A DNA stretch of 64,000 nt from Candidatus Moraniibacteriota bacterium. Its GTDB lineage: Bacteria; Patescibacteriota; Minisyncoccia; Moranbacterales; UBA11712. The notes below the pieces were generated by a model that saw nothing but the letters and a program-made list of their open reading frames with translations, had not been told where the DNA came from and did not search any database. The stretch spans positions 607 through 64,606 of the forward strand of contig JAZDKQ010000023.1 in NCBI GenBank assembly GCA_043802865.1, written 5' to 3'. The position numbers were made by a program, and so were the translations under genes. Shown here in pieces: positions 10,224 through 20,403 of the stretch (its first letter is position 1; the number at the start of each line of letters is the position of its first letter).

Positions 10224-10693
10224 AAAAAAGAATAAGAGATTATATAAAGCAATTTTTTTTGATCGACGATACGCCGCACAAAGTTGTCGGCGGGGCGGCT
10301 TTGGGGGCTTTTTTGGGGATTATACCGGGCGAGGGCGTTTTGGCAACGCTTTTTTTCGCGTATATTTTCCGGCTCAATCGCTTGGCGGCTCTTGCGGGAG
10401 TTTTGGCCTTCAATATGTGGACAACTTTCATCGCGTTGCCTGTCGCGGCCGCTATTGGCGGATTGATATTTCGCATTGATCCGCGGACGCTTTCGAATGA
10501 TTTCCATGAGACATTGAGTCTTGGGTGGCAATATCTTTTCAGCTGGAATGTGCTTCGCGAAACCGCCATCCCTCTTTTGACCGGCTATATTGTTCTCGCC
10601 GGATCTGTCGCGGCAATAATATATTTTTCTCTTTTCTATCTTCTGATCAAACGAAAAAAGCTCAAAGAAAAAGAACATTTATTGCTGAAATAG
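10220..10693 (+). CDS. DUF2062 family membrane protein
   Basis: TPHKV..GAALG.F.G..P pattern; hydrophobic. Confidence 0.8.
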   Translation: MKKRIRDYIKQFFLIDDTPHKVVGGAALGAFLGIIPGEGVLATLFFAYIFRLNRLAALAGVLAFNMWTTFIALPVAAAIGGLIFRIDPRTLSNDFHETLSLGWQYLFSWNVLRETAIPLLTGYIVLAGSVAAIIYFSLFYLLIKRKKLKEKEHLLLK

Positions 10694-10717
10694 AGACGCG
10701 ATTAATCGCGTCTCTAC
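10691..10717. repeat. REP-like palindrome (G)TAGAGACGCGATTAATCGCGTCTCTAC
   Basis: Perfect palindrome; copies at 28641 and 54375. Confidence 0.9.
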
Positions 10718-10721
10718 GGGG

Positions 10722-11408
10722 TTATTTTATCACTGTTCCCAGAAACTTTTTGCGGGTGAGATATCCTTCGAAATTTTTTAGTTTCTTTCCGTTCATGATC
10801 AAGACTTCCATTTTGAGCTCTTCAGCCATCTTTGAAGCGACGGGATCAAAAGGGGCGTTGAGTCCCGGATCCCACTTGTTGCCGACAATTTTTCGGAAAT
10901 CTTTCCATGAAATTTCTTTTATTTTTTTCGCGTCCGCAAACTTTTTGGGGTCCTTGGTATAGACATAGTCGATATTGGAAAGGTTTATCAGCGTTTTCGC
11001 GCCGTATTCTTTGGCGAGGATCACGGCGTCAAGGTCGGTGGAAAAACCGGGTTTCCAGCCGGCGCCGATCAGGATTTTTTCGCGGAAGTCGAATTTTTGA
11101 TAGGGATTTTTGTTGATGCGCGGGTGCGCGTATTTTCGGAATATCGTCCGCAAAAGATGACCATTGAGTCTCGTGGAATGGATTCCGATCCAGTCTCTAT
11201 CATCTTTCTCAATGACGCCGATCTTGAGAACGGCGTTTTGATATTGCCGGCAGATGGATCCTCCGCCGGAAATAATTATAAAGCGATTATTTTGTTTGAT
11301 AAATTTCAAAATAAGATCTTTGAAATTTTTCAAGAATTTCCAGTCTATTCCCTCCGGCGGGAAAATAAGAGACCCGCCAAGAGAAATGACAATAATTTTG
11401 TTTTTCAT
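10722..11408 (-). CDS. pyrH: UMP kinase (archaeal-type)
   Basis: VISLGGS, SGGG, GWKPGFSTD, VYTKDPKK, PFDPVA. Confidence 0.92.
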   Translation of the reverse strand: MKNKIIVISLGGSLIFPPEGIDWKFLKNFKDLILKFIKQNNRFIIISGGGSICRQYQNAVLKIGVIEKDDRDWIGIHSTRLNGHLLRTIFRKYAHPRINKNPYQKFDFREKILIGAGWKPGFSTDLDAVILAKEYGAKTLINLSNIDYVYTKDPKKFADAKKIKEISWKDFRKIVGNKWDPGLNAPFDPVASKMAEELKMEVLIMNGKKLKNFEGYLTRKKFLGTVIK

Positions 11409-11418
11409 GATTTTTGAA

Positions 11419-11868
11419 TTATTTTATACAACACTTTGCTCCTTGAAACCCCCGGCCCTCGGCTTCTTCTTTGGAAGAAAAGCAAACCCTGTTTTCTGGT
11501 TTGATATTTTGGGCGTATCGGCACGTCGGGAGATGATATTTGTTTGAATTTTTGCTGGCAACGAAAGCGCATTTTTGGTTGTTGGCCGTCGCAACACTTT
11601 CTGTTGAAGCAGGTTTGCTGTTTGCGGATGCGGTTTTTGTGTCGCTTGCATCAGTTTGGCTTTGACCAGTATTCGCGCTTGCGACTTCAGCAGGCGCGAC
11701 TTTGTTCACAACGATCGGTTCTTGCTTGTTTTTTTGTCCTTTCAAAAATCCGGCCTCAAAAGAGATGGCGGCGATGAGGATTATGCCGATCGCCAATACG
11801 ATTTTTTGCTCATACTTAAGCCAAAATTGACCGATTCGGGATTCCTTGAAACGGGAGATGATTGACAT
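11419..11868 (-). CDS. membrane-anchored protein with C-terminal Ada metal-binding-like domain
   Basis: TM, low-complexity linker, FVASKNSNKYHLPTC..A..I...N.VCF....A...GF. Confidence 0.8.
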   Translation of the reverse strand: MSIISRFKESRIGQFWLKYEQKIVLAIGIILIAAISFEAGFLKGQKNKQEPIVVNKVAPAEVASANTGQSQTDASDTKTASANSKPASTESVATANNQKCAFVASKNSNKYHLPTCRYAQNIKPENRVCFSSKEEAEGRGFQGAKCCIK

Positions 11869-11924
11869 CTGGGGGAAAATAAACTATTATTCTATAGTAA
11901 ATTCAATATCTTTGATTCAACTAT

Positions 11925-12197
11925 ATGGCACACAGAAAAGCAGGTGGCTCTACACAGCTTGGCCGAGATTCGCAATCCAAACGGCTCGGTGTCAAAAAAC
12001 ACGGCGGTGAAACGGTGAAAACCGGAAATATAATCGTTCGCCAGCGCGGGACAAAATTCCGCCCGGGTGAAAACGTGAAACGCGGCGGCGATGATACTCT
12101 TTTCGCAATGAAAGACGGAGCAGTCAAATTCGCTTCCAAAAAAATTCGCAAATTTACCGGCAGATTGGCCCGCGCGAAATTCGTGAGCGTGGAATAA
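11925..12197 (+). CDS. rpmA: 50S ribosomal protein L27
   Basis: [31 protein letters not shown]. Confidence 0.98.
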   Translation: MAHRKAGGSTQLGRDSQSKRLGVKKHGGETVKTGNIIVRQRGTKFRPGENVKRGGDDTLFAMKDGAVKFASKKIRKFTGRLARAKFVSVE

Positions 12198-12216
12198 GCT
12201 ATCAGGAAACATATTA

Positions 12217-12248
12217 AAAAATAGAAGCAACAAAGCTTCTATTTTTTT
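12217..12248. terminator. bidirectional terminator between rpmA and pyrG
   Basis: AAAAATAGAAGC-AACAAA-GCTTCTATTTTT. Confidence 0.6.
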
Positions 12249-13872
12249 ATTTTATCGCGTTCTTAATGAACTCTCTGAAAAGAGGATGCGGGCTCAAGGG
12301 TGAGGATTTGAATTCGGGATGGAATTGAGTTCCCAAATGAAAGGGGTGGGATTTTTTTGGCAGTTCGGCGATTTCCATCAAGCGTCCGTCCGGCGAGGTG
12401 CCGGAAAAGACGAGCCCCACTTTTTCCAGTTGTTCGATGTATTCCGTGTTCACTTCCCATCGGTGGCGGTGGCGTTCGGAAATATTCGGCGTTTTGTAGG
12501 CGCCAAAAGCGATTGTGTTCCTTTTGAGCGTCGCGGGATAGGTGCCGAGCCGCATCGTTGCTCCATAATTCTTGTCAGCGAGATTCTTTTTTTGCTCGGG
12601 CATAATGTCGATCACTGGATATTTGGTGTTGCGATTGATCTCGGTTGTGTTCGCGCCTTTCAATTTCAACACGTTTCTTGCGTATTCGATGACGAGAAGT
12701 TGCATACCATAGCAAAGTCCGAAATACGGAATTTTGTTTTTCCGGCAGAATTCGATCGCTTTCAATTTTCCTTCCACTCCCCGTTCTCCAAATCCGCCCG
12801 GAACAAGAATTCCCGCGTATTTTTTGAGTTCGCGAACCTTGGCGGGATTTTTTTCATATTCTTCGGCGTTCAGCCACTCGATTTGCGGTTTTCTTTTGAA
12901 GGAATAGCAAGCATGTTTCACAGCTTCAATGACGGAAATATAGGCATCAGACAAAACAAAATCACCCGTCCCGAAATATTTGCCGACTATGCCTATTTTA
13001 AGCGGTTTTTTGGAGTTTTTAATATTTTTCACCATAGCTTTCCAGCGCGCCATGTCGTTTTTTTTCGGCTTCAGATTGAGTTTCTCGAGAAGGATGCCGC
13101 TCATATTGTCTTTTTCGAAATTGACTGGCACTTCATAGACCGATTCGATGTCGGGGGCGCTGATAACATCTTTTTCTTGAAGATTGCAATGGTCGGCCAA
13201 TTTTTCTTTCCTTTTTTTGTCGAGGGTGACGGCGCTGCGAGCAATGATGATGTCAGGCTGGATTCCGGCGGCATTGAGCGATCGAACCGCGTATTGGGTC
13301 GGTTTTGTTTTCATTTCTCCGACTGTTGAGGGGACGGGCAAATAGCTCACAAGTGCGAAAAGAACATCGCCCCGGCTTGCGAGACGCATCATTCTTCCGG
13401 CTTCAAGAAACAAGAGTCCCTGATATTCTCCGAGTGTTCCCCCGACCTCAATGAGCATAATTTCAGCCTTCGAGTTCTTCTGGGCTTTTTGAATGCGGCG
13501 GATGATCTCTTTTGGGACATCCGGAACAACATCGACGCATCGTCCGCCATATCCCATCGCCCGCTCGCGGTCGATGATCGTTTTGTACACCATTCCGTTC
13601 GTCATATAATTTTCCGCCGGCAATGTGAAATTCATGAAACGTTCATAATTTCCCATATCCTGATCCGTTTCCATTCCACTGTCCAAAACGAAAACTTCCC
13701 CGTGCTCGGTCGGGTTCATTGTTCCCGCGTCAACATTGAGATATGGGTCGATTTTCATCACCGAGACGCGAAAACCCTTTGATTGAAGGATGTTTCCAAT
13801 CGAAGCGGTGGCAATTCCCTTTCCGACCCCGCTCATCACTCCCCCGACGATAAAAATGTATTTTGGACGCAT
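12247..13872 (-). CDS. pyrG: CTP synthase
   Basis: GGVMSGVGKG, KIDPYLNVDAGTMNP, KTKPTQ, GLCYGMQ, TQFHPE. Confidence 0.98.
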   Translation of the reverse strand: MRPKYIFIVGGVMSGVGKGIATASIGNILQSKGFRVSVMKIDPYLNVDAGTMNPTEHGEVFVLDSGMETDQDMGNYERFMNFTLPAENYMTNGMVYKTIIDRERAMGYGGRCVDVVPDVPKEIIRRIQKAQKNSKAEIMLIEVGGTLGEYQGLLFLEAGRMMRLASRGDVLFALVSYLPVPSTVGEMKTKPTQYAVRSLNAAGIQPDIIIARSAVTLDKKRKEKLADHCNLQEKDVISAPDIESVYEVPVNFEKDNMSGILLEKLNLKPKKNDMARWKAMVKNIKNSKKPLKIGIVGKYFGTGDFVLSDAYISVIEAVKHACYSFKRKPQIEWLNAEEYEKNPAKVRELKKYAGILVPGGFGERGVEGKLKAIEFCRKNKIPYFGLCYGMQLLVIEYARNVLKLKGANTTEINRNTKYPVIDIMPEQKKNLADKNYGATMRLGTYPATLKRNTIAFGAYKTPNISERHRHRWEVNTEYIEQLEKVGLVFSGTSPDGRLMEIAELPKKSHPFHLGTQFHPEFKSSPLSPHPLFREFIKNAIK

Positions 13873-13940
13873 GCTAATTTCAAGAAAATAGAGGTGAAAA
13901 GATATCACCCCTATTTTTAAATTTTTAATAATCTTATATT

Positions 13941-14387
13941 CTAGCCTTCTTCGGGAACCAAAATCACTTTTATATTCGCTTCCAGTCCGTGGTCAAGTTC
14001 CAGTTTTACATCATAATCGCCGACTTCTTTGATTGGCTCCTCGAGCTTCACGCTTTCCGGTTCGATCTTGAGTCCCTCATCCGCAAATGTCTTGGCGATT
14101 GTTTTTTCGTTGACGGATCCAAACAACGTTCCATCTTTTTCTTTGACCTTGATGAATAATTCTCTTCCGTCCAGTTGCTCGGCCAGTTTTTGAACCTCTT
14201 CCAAGTCTGTCTGATCAACCTTTGATTTTTTGGCCGCGTTCAATTCGGCTTCCCGAAGCGCTTGCTCGGTCGCTGGTTTGGCAAGATCTTGTGGAATCAA
14301 AAAATTGCGGGCGTAGCCGTCGGCCACCTCTTTGACTTCTCCCTCCTTGCCGAGCTTGTCGACATTTTTCAGTAGGATTACTTTCAC
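13941..14387 (-). CDS. rplI: 50S ribosomal protein L9 (GTG start)
   Basis: KVILL..V.KLG..G.V.EVADGYARNFLIP, LFGSV. Confidence 0.97.
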   Translation of the reverse strand: MKVILLKNVDKLGKEGEVKEVADGYARNFLIPQDLAKPATEQALREAELNAAKKSKVDQTDLEEVQKLAEQLDGRELFIKVKEKDGTLFGSVNEKTIAKTFADEGLKIEPESVKLEEPIKEVGDYDVKLELDHGLEANIKVILVPEEG

Positions 14388-14446
14388 CCCGTTAGAAAAT
14401 TAATTATTATACCCTCGCTAGAAAATGCTTTTGTTTTCTAACGGGG
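14387..14446. mobile_element. 60-bp MITE-like element with CCCCGTTAGAAA/TTTCTAACGGGG termini and 4-bp TSD
   Basis: Terminal inverted repeats flanked by TTCA direct repeats (14383-86, 14447-50). Confidence 0.8.
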
Positions 14447-14492
14447 TTCATTGGTTTTATTATAATTCAAAAAAATATTTTAGCAAACCCCC

Positions 14493-15776
14493 CTATTTTA
14501 TCTTCTCCTTGATGATCTCGAGAGCCTTGTCCATCTGAGGATCGCGATTGTTGTTGTAATCAGCGTCGGACAGGTCAACATCGATGGTCGGGTCAATCCC
14601 CCTTTCCATTATATAGTCTCCATTCGGTGTTAGCCAGCGGGCGATTGTCACGCGGAGTGTTGATCCGCCGACCAATTTCTCCAGCTCTTGCACAGAACCT
14701 TTTCCGAATGTTTTTTTGCCGATGAGCGGCGCTCCGAGGTCGTCCCGGAGCGCGCCGGCTGTGATCTCAGAAGCACTTGCACTTCCGCCATTAACAAGCA
14801 CAACAACGGGCAAGTTCCCCAAAATATCGCCGCCTCGCGCCGGAAAATCTTTTTTCCCGCCGTTTGTTGATCCTCTTTCTTCTTCAGAGACGACCACTTT
14901 CCCTTCGGGAATGAATTTTGATGAAATATCAATGGCGGATTCAAGGTATCCGCCTGGATTGTTTCGGAGATCAAGAATGACCCCTTTTGCGTTTTGGGAT
15001 ACGATTTGACTGGCTACCTGATTCATTCCGGAAGTAGTATCGTCTCCAAATTTGGATATTTTTACGACAGCAATTCCGTTGTCTTTGAACTCAAGTTTCA
15101 CGCTTTTGACATTGATTTGATCGCGGATGATCTTCACCTCGATTGGGTTTGTGCTTTTTTCATGCAGAATCATAAGAGATATTTCCGTTCCTTTCGGTCC
15201 GCGGATCAAAGAGACAGCTTCGTCGACTGTCATGTCTGAAGTGAGTTTGTCTCCTATTTTCAGGACTTTGTCGCCTGCCCTAAGTCCGGCTTTTTCGCCG
15301 GGCGACTCGTCAAGGGGAGAAATGACCGTCAAAATATCATTTTTCATCCCAATTTCCACGCCGATTCCCTCAAATGTCCCTTCAAGGTCCTTGGAAAACT
15401 GCTGGCTTTCATCCGGATTCATGAAGCTTGAAAACGGATCGCCGACCGCTTTCACCATGCCGGAGATCGCGCCGTATATCATCTTCTGCCGGTCAAGCTT
15501 TGTTGTGTCGACGTACTTGTCATTCAGGATGTTCCAAGCTTCCCAAAAAAGGTCAAAATCGACATCACTCGGCTGGCTCTTGTCGTGGCTTTTTACAAGG
15601 AGATTTTCGATCGCAATAGGACTCTTGCTTTTGGAGGACGTATATTTGTTGAAAAGGGAACCGGCAAAAAAGCTCACGGAGATGAGAATCACAATACCGA
15701 ATATTTTGAAATTCCGGCGATTTTTCTTTGGTTTGTCGCTTTTTTCTTCTATTTCGCTTTTTTCTTCTATTTCCAT
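14493..15776 (-). CDS. ctpA: S41 carboxyl-terminal processing protease
   Basis: PDZ (GIGVE), LDLRNNPGG, SASASE, TFGKGSVQ. Confidence 0.95.
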   Translation of the reverse strand: MEIEEKSEIEEKSDKPKKNRRNFKIFGIVILISVSFFAGSLFNKYTSSKSKSPIAIENLLVKSHDKSQPSDVDFDLFWEAWNILNDKYVDTTKLDRQKMIYGAISGMVKAVGDPFSSFMNPDESQQFSKDLEGTFEGIGVEIGMKNDILTVISPLDESPGEKAGLRAGDKVLKIGDKLTSDMTVDEAVSLIRGPKGTEISLMILHEKSTNPIEVKIIRDQINVKSVKLEFKDNGIAVVKISKFGDDTTSGMNQVASQIVSQNAKGVILDLRNNPGGYLESAIDISSKFIPEGKVVVSEEERGSTNGGKKDFPARGGDILGNLPVVVLVNGGSASASEITAGALRDDLGAPLIGKKTFGKGSVQELEKLVGGSTLRVTIARWLTPNGDYIMERGIDPTIDVDLSDADYNNNRDPQMDKALEIIKEKIK

Positions 15777-15782
15777 GATTTT

Positions 15783-16613
15783 TTATTGATGCGGATTGGG
15801 TTTGCCTTTGTATTTCCAGAAATATTTTATTACACTTTGTATATGGCTTCTCGTGAGTTTGTTGAATGCGGCCTTCAGAATACTTTCGCTGGCAGATCCT
15901 TTTCGATGATAATGAAACATCTGGGAAAAAGGATAATACATGACCCGGTATTTGTTTTCCCAAAATCGCCTGCACCAGTCCACGTCTTCAAAATACATAA
16001 AGAAAGTTCTGTCCATCAGTCCAACTTTTTCAACCGCTTTTTTCGAAGTCATCATTGCGGATCCCATTACCCAGTCCACATCCATCGGCTTATCGTGATC
16101 TCTGTCTTTATACAAAAAATAACTGATCTTTTTTTGAGCAAACTTCAGTTTCCCCAAAAATGTTCTTCGATACAAAATTATCAACGGAGTATAAAATCTA
16201 AAACAGGAAAATTGGAATTTCCCATCAAAATTCAGCAGTTTTGGCCCGGCTATTCCGACCGCCGGGTTGTTTTTCAGATATTCAAGCAGAATATCCGCGG
16301 ATTTGTTCTTTATTACAATATCATCATTCAGAATAAGGTAATAATCCCCCCGTGCATTTTCAATTCCTTCGTTCACGAGTCCCAAGAAACCCAGATTTTC
16401 CGAATGAGAAAAAAATTTTATTTCCGGAAATTCCTCTCGCATCATCATTTCCAAGTCTTCCTCCGTGGAACTGTCGAGAACCAAAATTTCATAATTCTCA
16501 CAAAGAACATTTTTTTTCAGCGATTCAAGGCAAAGACGAAGAACCGCGGGGTTTTTGTAGCTGGTGATTATTACGGATAGTTCAGGATTTCTAGATTTTT
16601 GTTCAGTGTTCAT
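15783..16613 (-). CDS. GT2 glycosyltransferase (rhamnosyltransferase-like)
   Basis: LSVIIT.Y, ENLGF...N.G, LILNDD, FFMYFEDVDWC. Confidence 0.92.
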   Translation of the reverse strand: MNTEQKSRNPELSVIITSYKNPAVLRLCLESLKKNVLCENYEILVLDSSTEEDLEMMMREEFPEIKFFSHSENLGFLGLVNEGIENARGDYYLILNDDIVIKNKSADILLEYLKNNPAVGIAGPKLLNFDGKFQFSCFRFYTPLIILYRRTFLGKLKFAQKKISYFLYKDRDHDKPMDVDWVMGSAMMTSKKAVEKVGLMDRTFFMYFEDVDWCRRFWENKYRVMYYPFSQMFHYHRKGSASESILKAAFNKLTRSHIQSVIKYFWKYKGKPNPHQ

Positions 16614-17617
16614 TGAAATATATTTCGGCAAGCTTCGTGTATTTTGTCATAGTTTCCTCCCGCGGGCAGCAGAATGTATGTTTTTCCTTCCGGAGTGTCG
16701 GCTTTTGACGCATAGAGCAATCCTTCAGGCGAAGTGTCAAAAACTCTCTGTTTCATCTTGGGATCTTGGATTTTGTTGGCGAGATCGAAAAACTTTTTCA
16801 TTTCGGAAATGTCCATATCGGCGCGGACATCGTCTCCCAAAATATTCAAAATATTGTTGACTTTCGTGAAATCAGAAAGCGTTCCAAGGCTCAACATCTT
16901 GTCTTTGAGGGCGATCAGAACCTGTTGCTGGCGCTTGGCTCTCTCGAAATCAGATGAGGCATAGCGCGCCCGGACGAAGAAAAGAGCTTTTGTGCCGTCA
17001 AGGTGGTTTTTCCCGGCGGGAAGAGTGAAATTTGAGGCCGCTTCGCCCTCGAACTGGGTCGGTTCGGAAAAGGGATTGTCGAGATACACATCAACGCCTC
17101 CCACCTTGTCGACAAGCTCCGTGAAGCCCCTGAAGTCGATGCGGACGACATAGTGGATGGGAAGGCCGGTGACGTCGCCTACGACTTGTTTCATCATCTC
17201 CATTCCTTTGCCCTCGCTCTTGTCCTCATATATCGCGTTGACGGCATTTATTTTGCTCTGGCTGGATGTTCCCGGGTCTTGGACATAGAGGTCGCGGGGA
17301 ATTGAAATGAGGGCAATTTTGTTTTCTTGCGGTCGGATCGAGGCGACCATAATTGAATCAGCCAAGAGTCCCCCTCCGGCCATATTGTTTCCGCGCATTC
17401 CAAGGAGAAGGATGTTGATCTGGCCTTCAGCTTGCCCCTGCAATTGGTCTGACCCGACTCCGGGTAGGCTTTTCCAGAGACTTGTCAAAAACCCGCCCTT
17501 GGTCGAAATTTTGCTCAAGGTTGATCCGGCCTTATACATTGCCCATCCACCGGTCACGCAGGTAAGCAAAATGATCACAAGCAAAACCTTGAACCATCTT
17601 TTTCTGAAAATCCCCAT
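16610..17617 (-). CDS. LCP (LytR-CpsA-Psr) family protein
   Basis: NILLLG, DSIMV, SIPRDLYV, KINA, VRAR..SDFERAKRQQ. Confidence 0.95.
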   Translation of the reverse strand: MGIFRKRWFKVLLVIILLTCVTGGWAMYKAGSTLSKISTKGGFLTSLWKSLPGVGSDQLQGQAEGQINILLLGMRGNNMAGGGLLADSIMVASIRPQENKIALISIPRDLYVQDPGTSSQSKINAVNAIYEDKSEGKGMEMMKQVVGDVTGLPIHYVVRIDFRGFTELVDKVGGVDVYLDNPFSEPTQFEGEAASNFTLPAGKNHLDGTKALFFVRARYASSDFERAKRQQQVLIALKDKMLSLGTLSDFTKVNNILNILGDDVRADMDISEMKKFFDLANKIQDPKMKQRVFDTSPEGLLYASKADTPEGKTYILLPAGGNYDKIHEACRNIFQ

Positions 17618-17703
17618 GAACTTTGATTGAAAATAAAAAAGAGACTATCCGAAATCCTTTATGAGTATATTATACCACCTGGGAATTGGCAATACAATGC
17701 GGA

Positions 17704-18837
17704 TCACTTTGTGAAACTCTCGTATATTCCCAGCGTTTTCTCTGCGGTTTTTTGCCAAGTATATTTTTTGGCGATTTCAATCCCCTTTCCAATCAGGCTG
17801 TTTCGCAAATTCTCGTCCGACAAAACTGCGTTTATTTTTTCGGCAAAGTCTTTGGGATTTTTTGGGTCGCCAAACAGCGCCGCGTCCTTGCCGATCTCGC
17901 GAAGAACCGGAATGTCAGAGCAGACAACCGGCGTACCGGCAGCCATCGCTTCAATGATCGGAATACCAAAACCTTCGTATAGTGACGGAAAAACAAAGCA
18001 AGCGGCCATTTGCAGCAATGCGGGCTTGTCCTCTTCGTCGATCCATCCGGGGAATATTATTTTATCAGCAAGATTATTTTTCTCGATTGTTTCGTCAATT
18101 TTTGGATCAAAATTGTGTGCTTTCCGGTTTCCGGCGAGGATCAATGGCATATCCAAGTCTTTCAGCGCTTCAATTACAACCGTAATATTTTTTCTTGGCT
18201 GAAGCGTGCCGATATATAGTATGTATTTTGTATTTGGTATTTTGTATTTGGTATTAATTTTTTTGATTTCATCGGGAGAGTATTTTTTGTTAAATCGGCT
18301 AAAATCCACCCCATTGTATACGCAATCAACTTTTTTCGGTGGAATTTTGTAAAAATCAATGATATTTTTTTTCTCGCCTTTCGAAATGGTGATTATTTTG
18401 TTGGCCCGGCGAATACTTCTCGGAATAAGAGTCTTCAAAAAAAACAAATCGGATTTTTTGATATATTCGGGAAAATAGTTGAATGAAATGTCGTGAATTG
18501 TCAGAGCCAATTTCACTTTTTTTGGCTGCCAAAAAGGAGCAATGTATTGCGTGTGAAAAACATCCACCGAATTTTTTTTGAGATAATTCGGCAAGTACCA
18601 AAAATTCCAGCAAAAGCGGTTGGTTTTTTTGATGAAAATAACTTTGAAGTTTTGGCCAAGATCCAGTTTTTTTATTTCTTCGGACAAATCGGCGTCTTCT
18701 TTCGGATCGCGGTCAGTGAAAAGAAAATATTGATTATTTTTATCAATATCTGCCAAATTTTTCACCAAATTGAAAAACACCGCCTCATCGCCGGTTCTTT
18801 TCTTGCCGATCATCCTTATGTCGATGCCAATTTTCAT
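17704..18837 (-). CDS. GT4 glycosyltransferase
   Basis: KIGID, TIHD, GTLQPRKN, FPSLYEGFGIPIIEAMA. Confidence 0.95.
   Translation of the reverse strand: MKIGIDIRMIGKKRTGDEAVFFNLVKNLADIDKNNQYFLFTDRDPKEDADLSEEIKKLDLGQNFKVIFIKKTNRFCWNFWYLPNYLKKNSVDVFHTQYIAPFWQPKKVKLALTIHDISFNYFPEYIKKSDLFFLKTLIPRSIRRANKIITISKGEKKNIIDFYKIPPKKVDCVYNGVDFSRFNKKYSPDEIKKINTKYKIPNTKYILYIGTLQPRKNITVVIEALKDLDMPLILAGNRKAHNFDPKIDETIEKNNLADKIIFPGWIDEEDKPALLQMAACFVFPSLYEGFGIPIIEAMAAGTPVVCSDIPVLREIGKDAALFGDPKNPKDFAEKINAVLSDENLRNSLIGKGIEIAKKYTWQKTAEKTLGIYESFTK
18223..18255 (-). repeat. heptamer repeat (MAAATAC) inside GT4
   Basis: Encodes NTKYKIPNTKY, same family as 2437. Confidence 0.85.
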
Positions 18838-18922
18838 AATCTTATCATATCTCAAATCCTAGTTTTTCTCAAATAAAGAAGCCCCGAGCGTGCGTGCCCA
18901 GGGCTTGGAAGTGGATCATGGC

Positions 18923-20314
18923 CTAAAGAACTCTCTCGCCAAATTTGGCAAGGGGTGATCTCACGGTTTCTTTGAAGTTAGTGGCGGCCACCATTTTGCA
19001 CTCCTCTTCGTGGCCGACCATGCGACTTATGGCATAGGCGAGACCGCTTGACCTGCGATCCAGCCGGCGGCGAAGGTCAATTTGGCCGAGATCTCCGGTA
19101 AAAATTATTTTAGTTTGCTCCCCGGCGCGCGTGATGATGGTTTTCATCTGATGGGGCGTGAGATTTTGTGCCTCATCGACGATCAATATGCAGCGGTAGT
19201 AGGACATACCCCGTATGTAGTCCAGTGGTTCAGTCACGAACTTCTTCTGCTCACTCATAGATTCGATGAGCTTTCTATTATTGCCCCCCGCATTTTCCTT
19301 GAGAAAATCAAGCGCCTCTGATATTGGGCGCATCCATGGACCAGTTTTTTCTTCAATTCCGCCTGGAAGAAAGCCCATCTTGTCCTGATCCTCAAGATGA
19401 ACCATCGGTCGGGTGATAAGGATTTTTCTGTAGCGAGACCGCAATTCAATCGCAGCCGCCATCGCCATCAACGTTTTGCCCGAACCGGCACCGCCTTGGA
19501 GGAAAATCAAGGAGATGTTGGGGTCGAGCAATTGGGAGAAAGCGATGTATTGGTGCCAGTTTGGACCGTTTCCATTCAAGGAATAGGGTTTCAGTCCCAT
19601 TACTTGAATATTGTTTTGGATGATTTTGTACTTGTCGTTTTTCCGAATAGCTGTGAATGCTGCTCCCCATTTTTGGTCGCTGGCGCCGAGTGTTCCCGGG
19701 TCTCCTGACCAATCACTGAAGCAGATCACGCCCTCGTTTTGAGGCAGGTCAATGCCATCTCCCGGAGGTTGATAGGGGAAAGAGAAATCAGACGAAATAT
19801 CCTGCGATTGAATGTTGAACGTCGGAAGTACAGTCGAAGTGTCGGATATTTCGGTTGCATCGCGAGTATAATCCTCCGCTGTGAAACCGAATTCTCTTGC
19901 CAAAATCCTCACTGGACGATCCCGGGAAACCAAAAATACTTTGGCAAATTCAGCCTTCATTCCTCTGGTTATGGTGTTTGCCGCTGCTATGATTTGATGA
20001 TCGGGACGCTTTTTGTCCATGTCGTCCATGCCCCTGAAGCTCGGTTTTCTGATGATCCTTAGCGAACTCTCACCGTTGAGTGTCAATTCCTCGATGCGCC
20101 TCAAAGCATCGCGGGCATCAATACCGATATCCGGTTTGTCTTTCAGGGCATCCAGTTCATGGATCACAACCAAGGGAATAAACAGCGTGCGGCCGTTTTC
20201 GCGTAGCACGTCAATCGATTCCGGATCATGAATAGCCACGTTGGTGTCGATCACGATGGCTTCAGCGCTTGGTTTTTCGCTGGTTGTCCCTCGTTTTTTG
20301 GCCAAGGCTCCCAT
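18923..20314 (-). CDS. PIN-PhoH (PhoH2/YlaK-like) ATPase
   Basis: N-terminal PIN (VIDTNV..HD, ELD.LK, SRD), GGAGSGKT, GFLPG, DEAQN, TGD..QID. Confidence 0.92.
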   Translation of the reverse strand: MGALAKKRGTTSEKPSAEAIVIDTNVAIHDPESIDVLRENGRTLFIPLVVIHELDALKDKPDIGIDARDALRRIEELTLNGESSLRIIRKPSFRGMDDMDKKRPDHQIIAAANTITRGMKAEFAKVFLVSRDRPVRILAREFGFTAEDYTRDATEISDTSTVLPTFNIQSQDISSDFSFPYQPPGDGIDLPQNEGVICFSDWSGDPGTLGASDQKWGAAFTAIRKNDKYKIIQNNIQVMGLKPYSLNGNGPNWHQYIAFSQLLDPNISLIFLQGGAGSGKTLMAMAAAIELRSRYRKILITRPMVHLEDQDKMGFLPGGIEEKTGPWMRPISEALDFLKENAGGNNRKLIESMSEQKKFVTEPLDYIRGMSYYRCILIVDEAQNLTPHQMKTIITRAGEQTKIIFTGDLGQIDLRRRLDRRSSGLAYAISRMVGHEEECKMVAATNFKETVRSPLAKFGERVL

Positions 20315-20403
20315 AGAAGTCTCCTTTCCCCATTATTGTAGGGATAAATAGATATGGTTTGTGCGCCTAATTTTTAAAGATCCGTTTCTCCCTTCTGAAT
20401 TCA

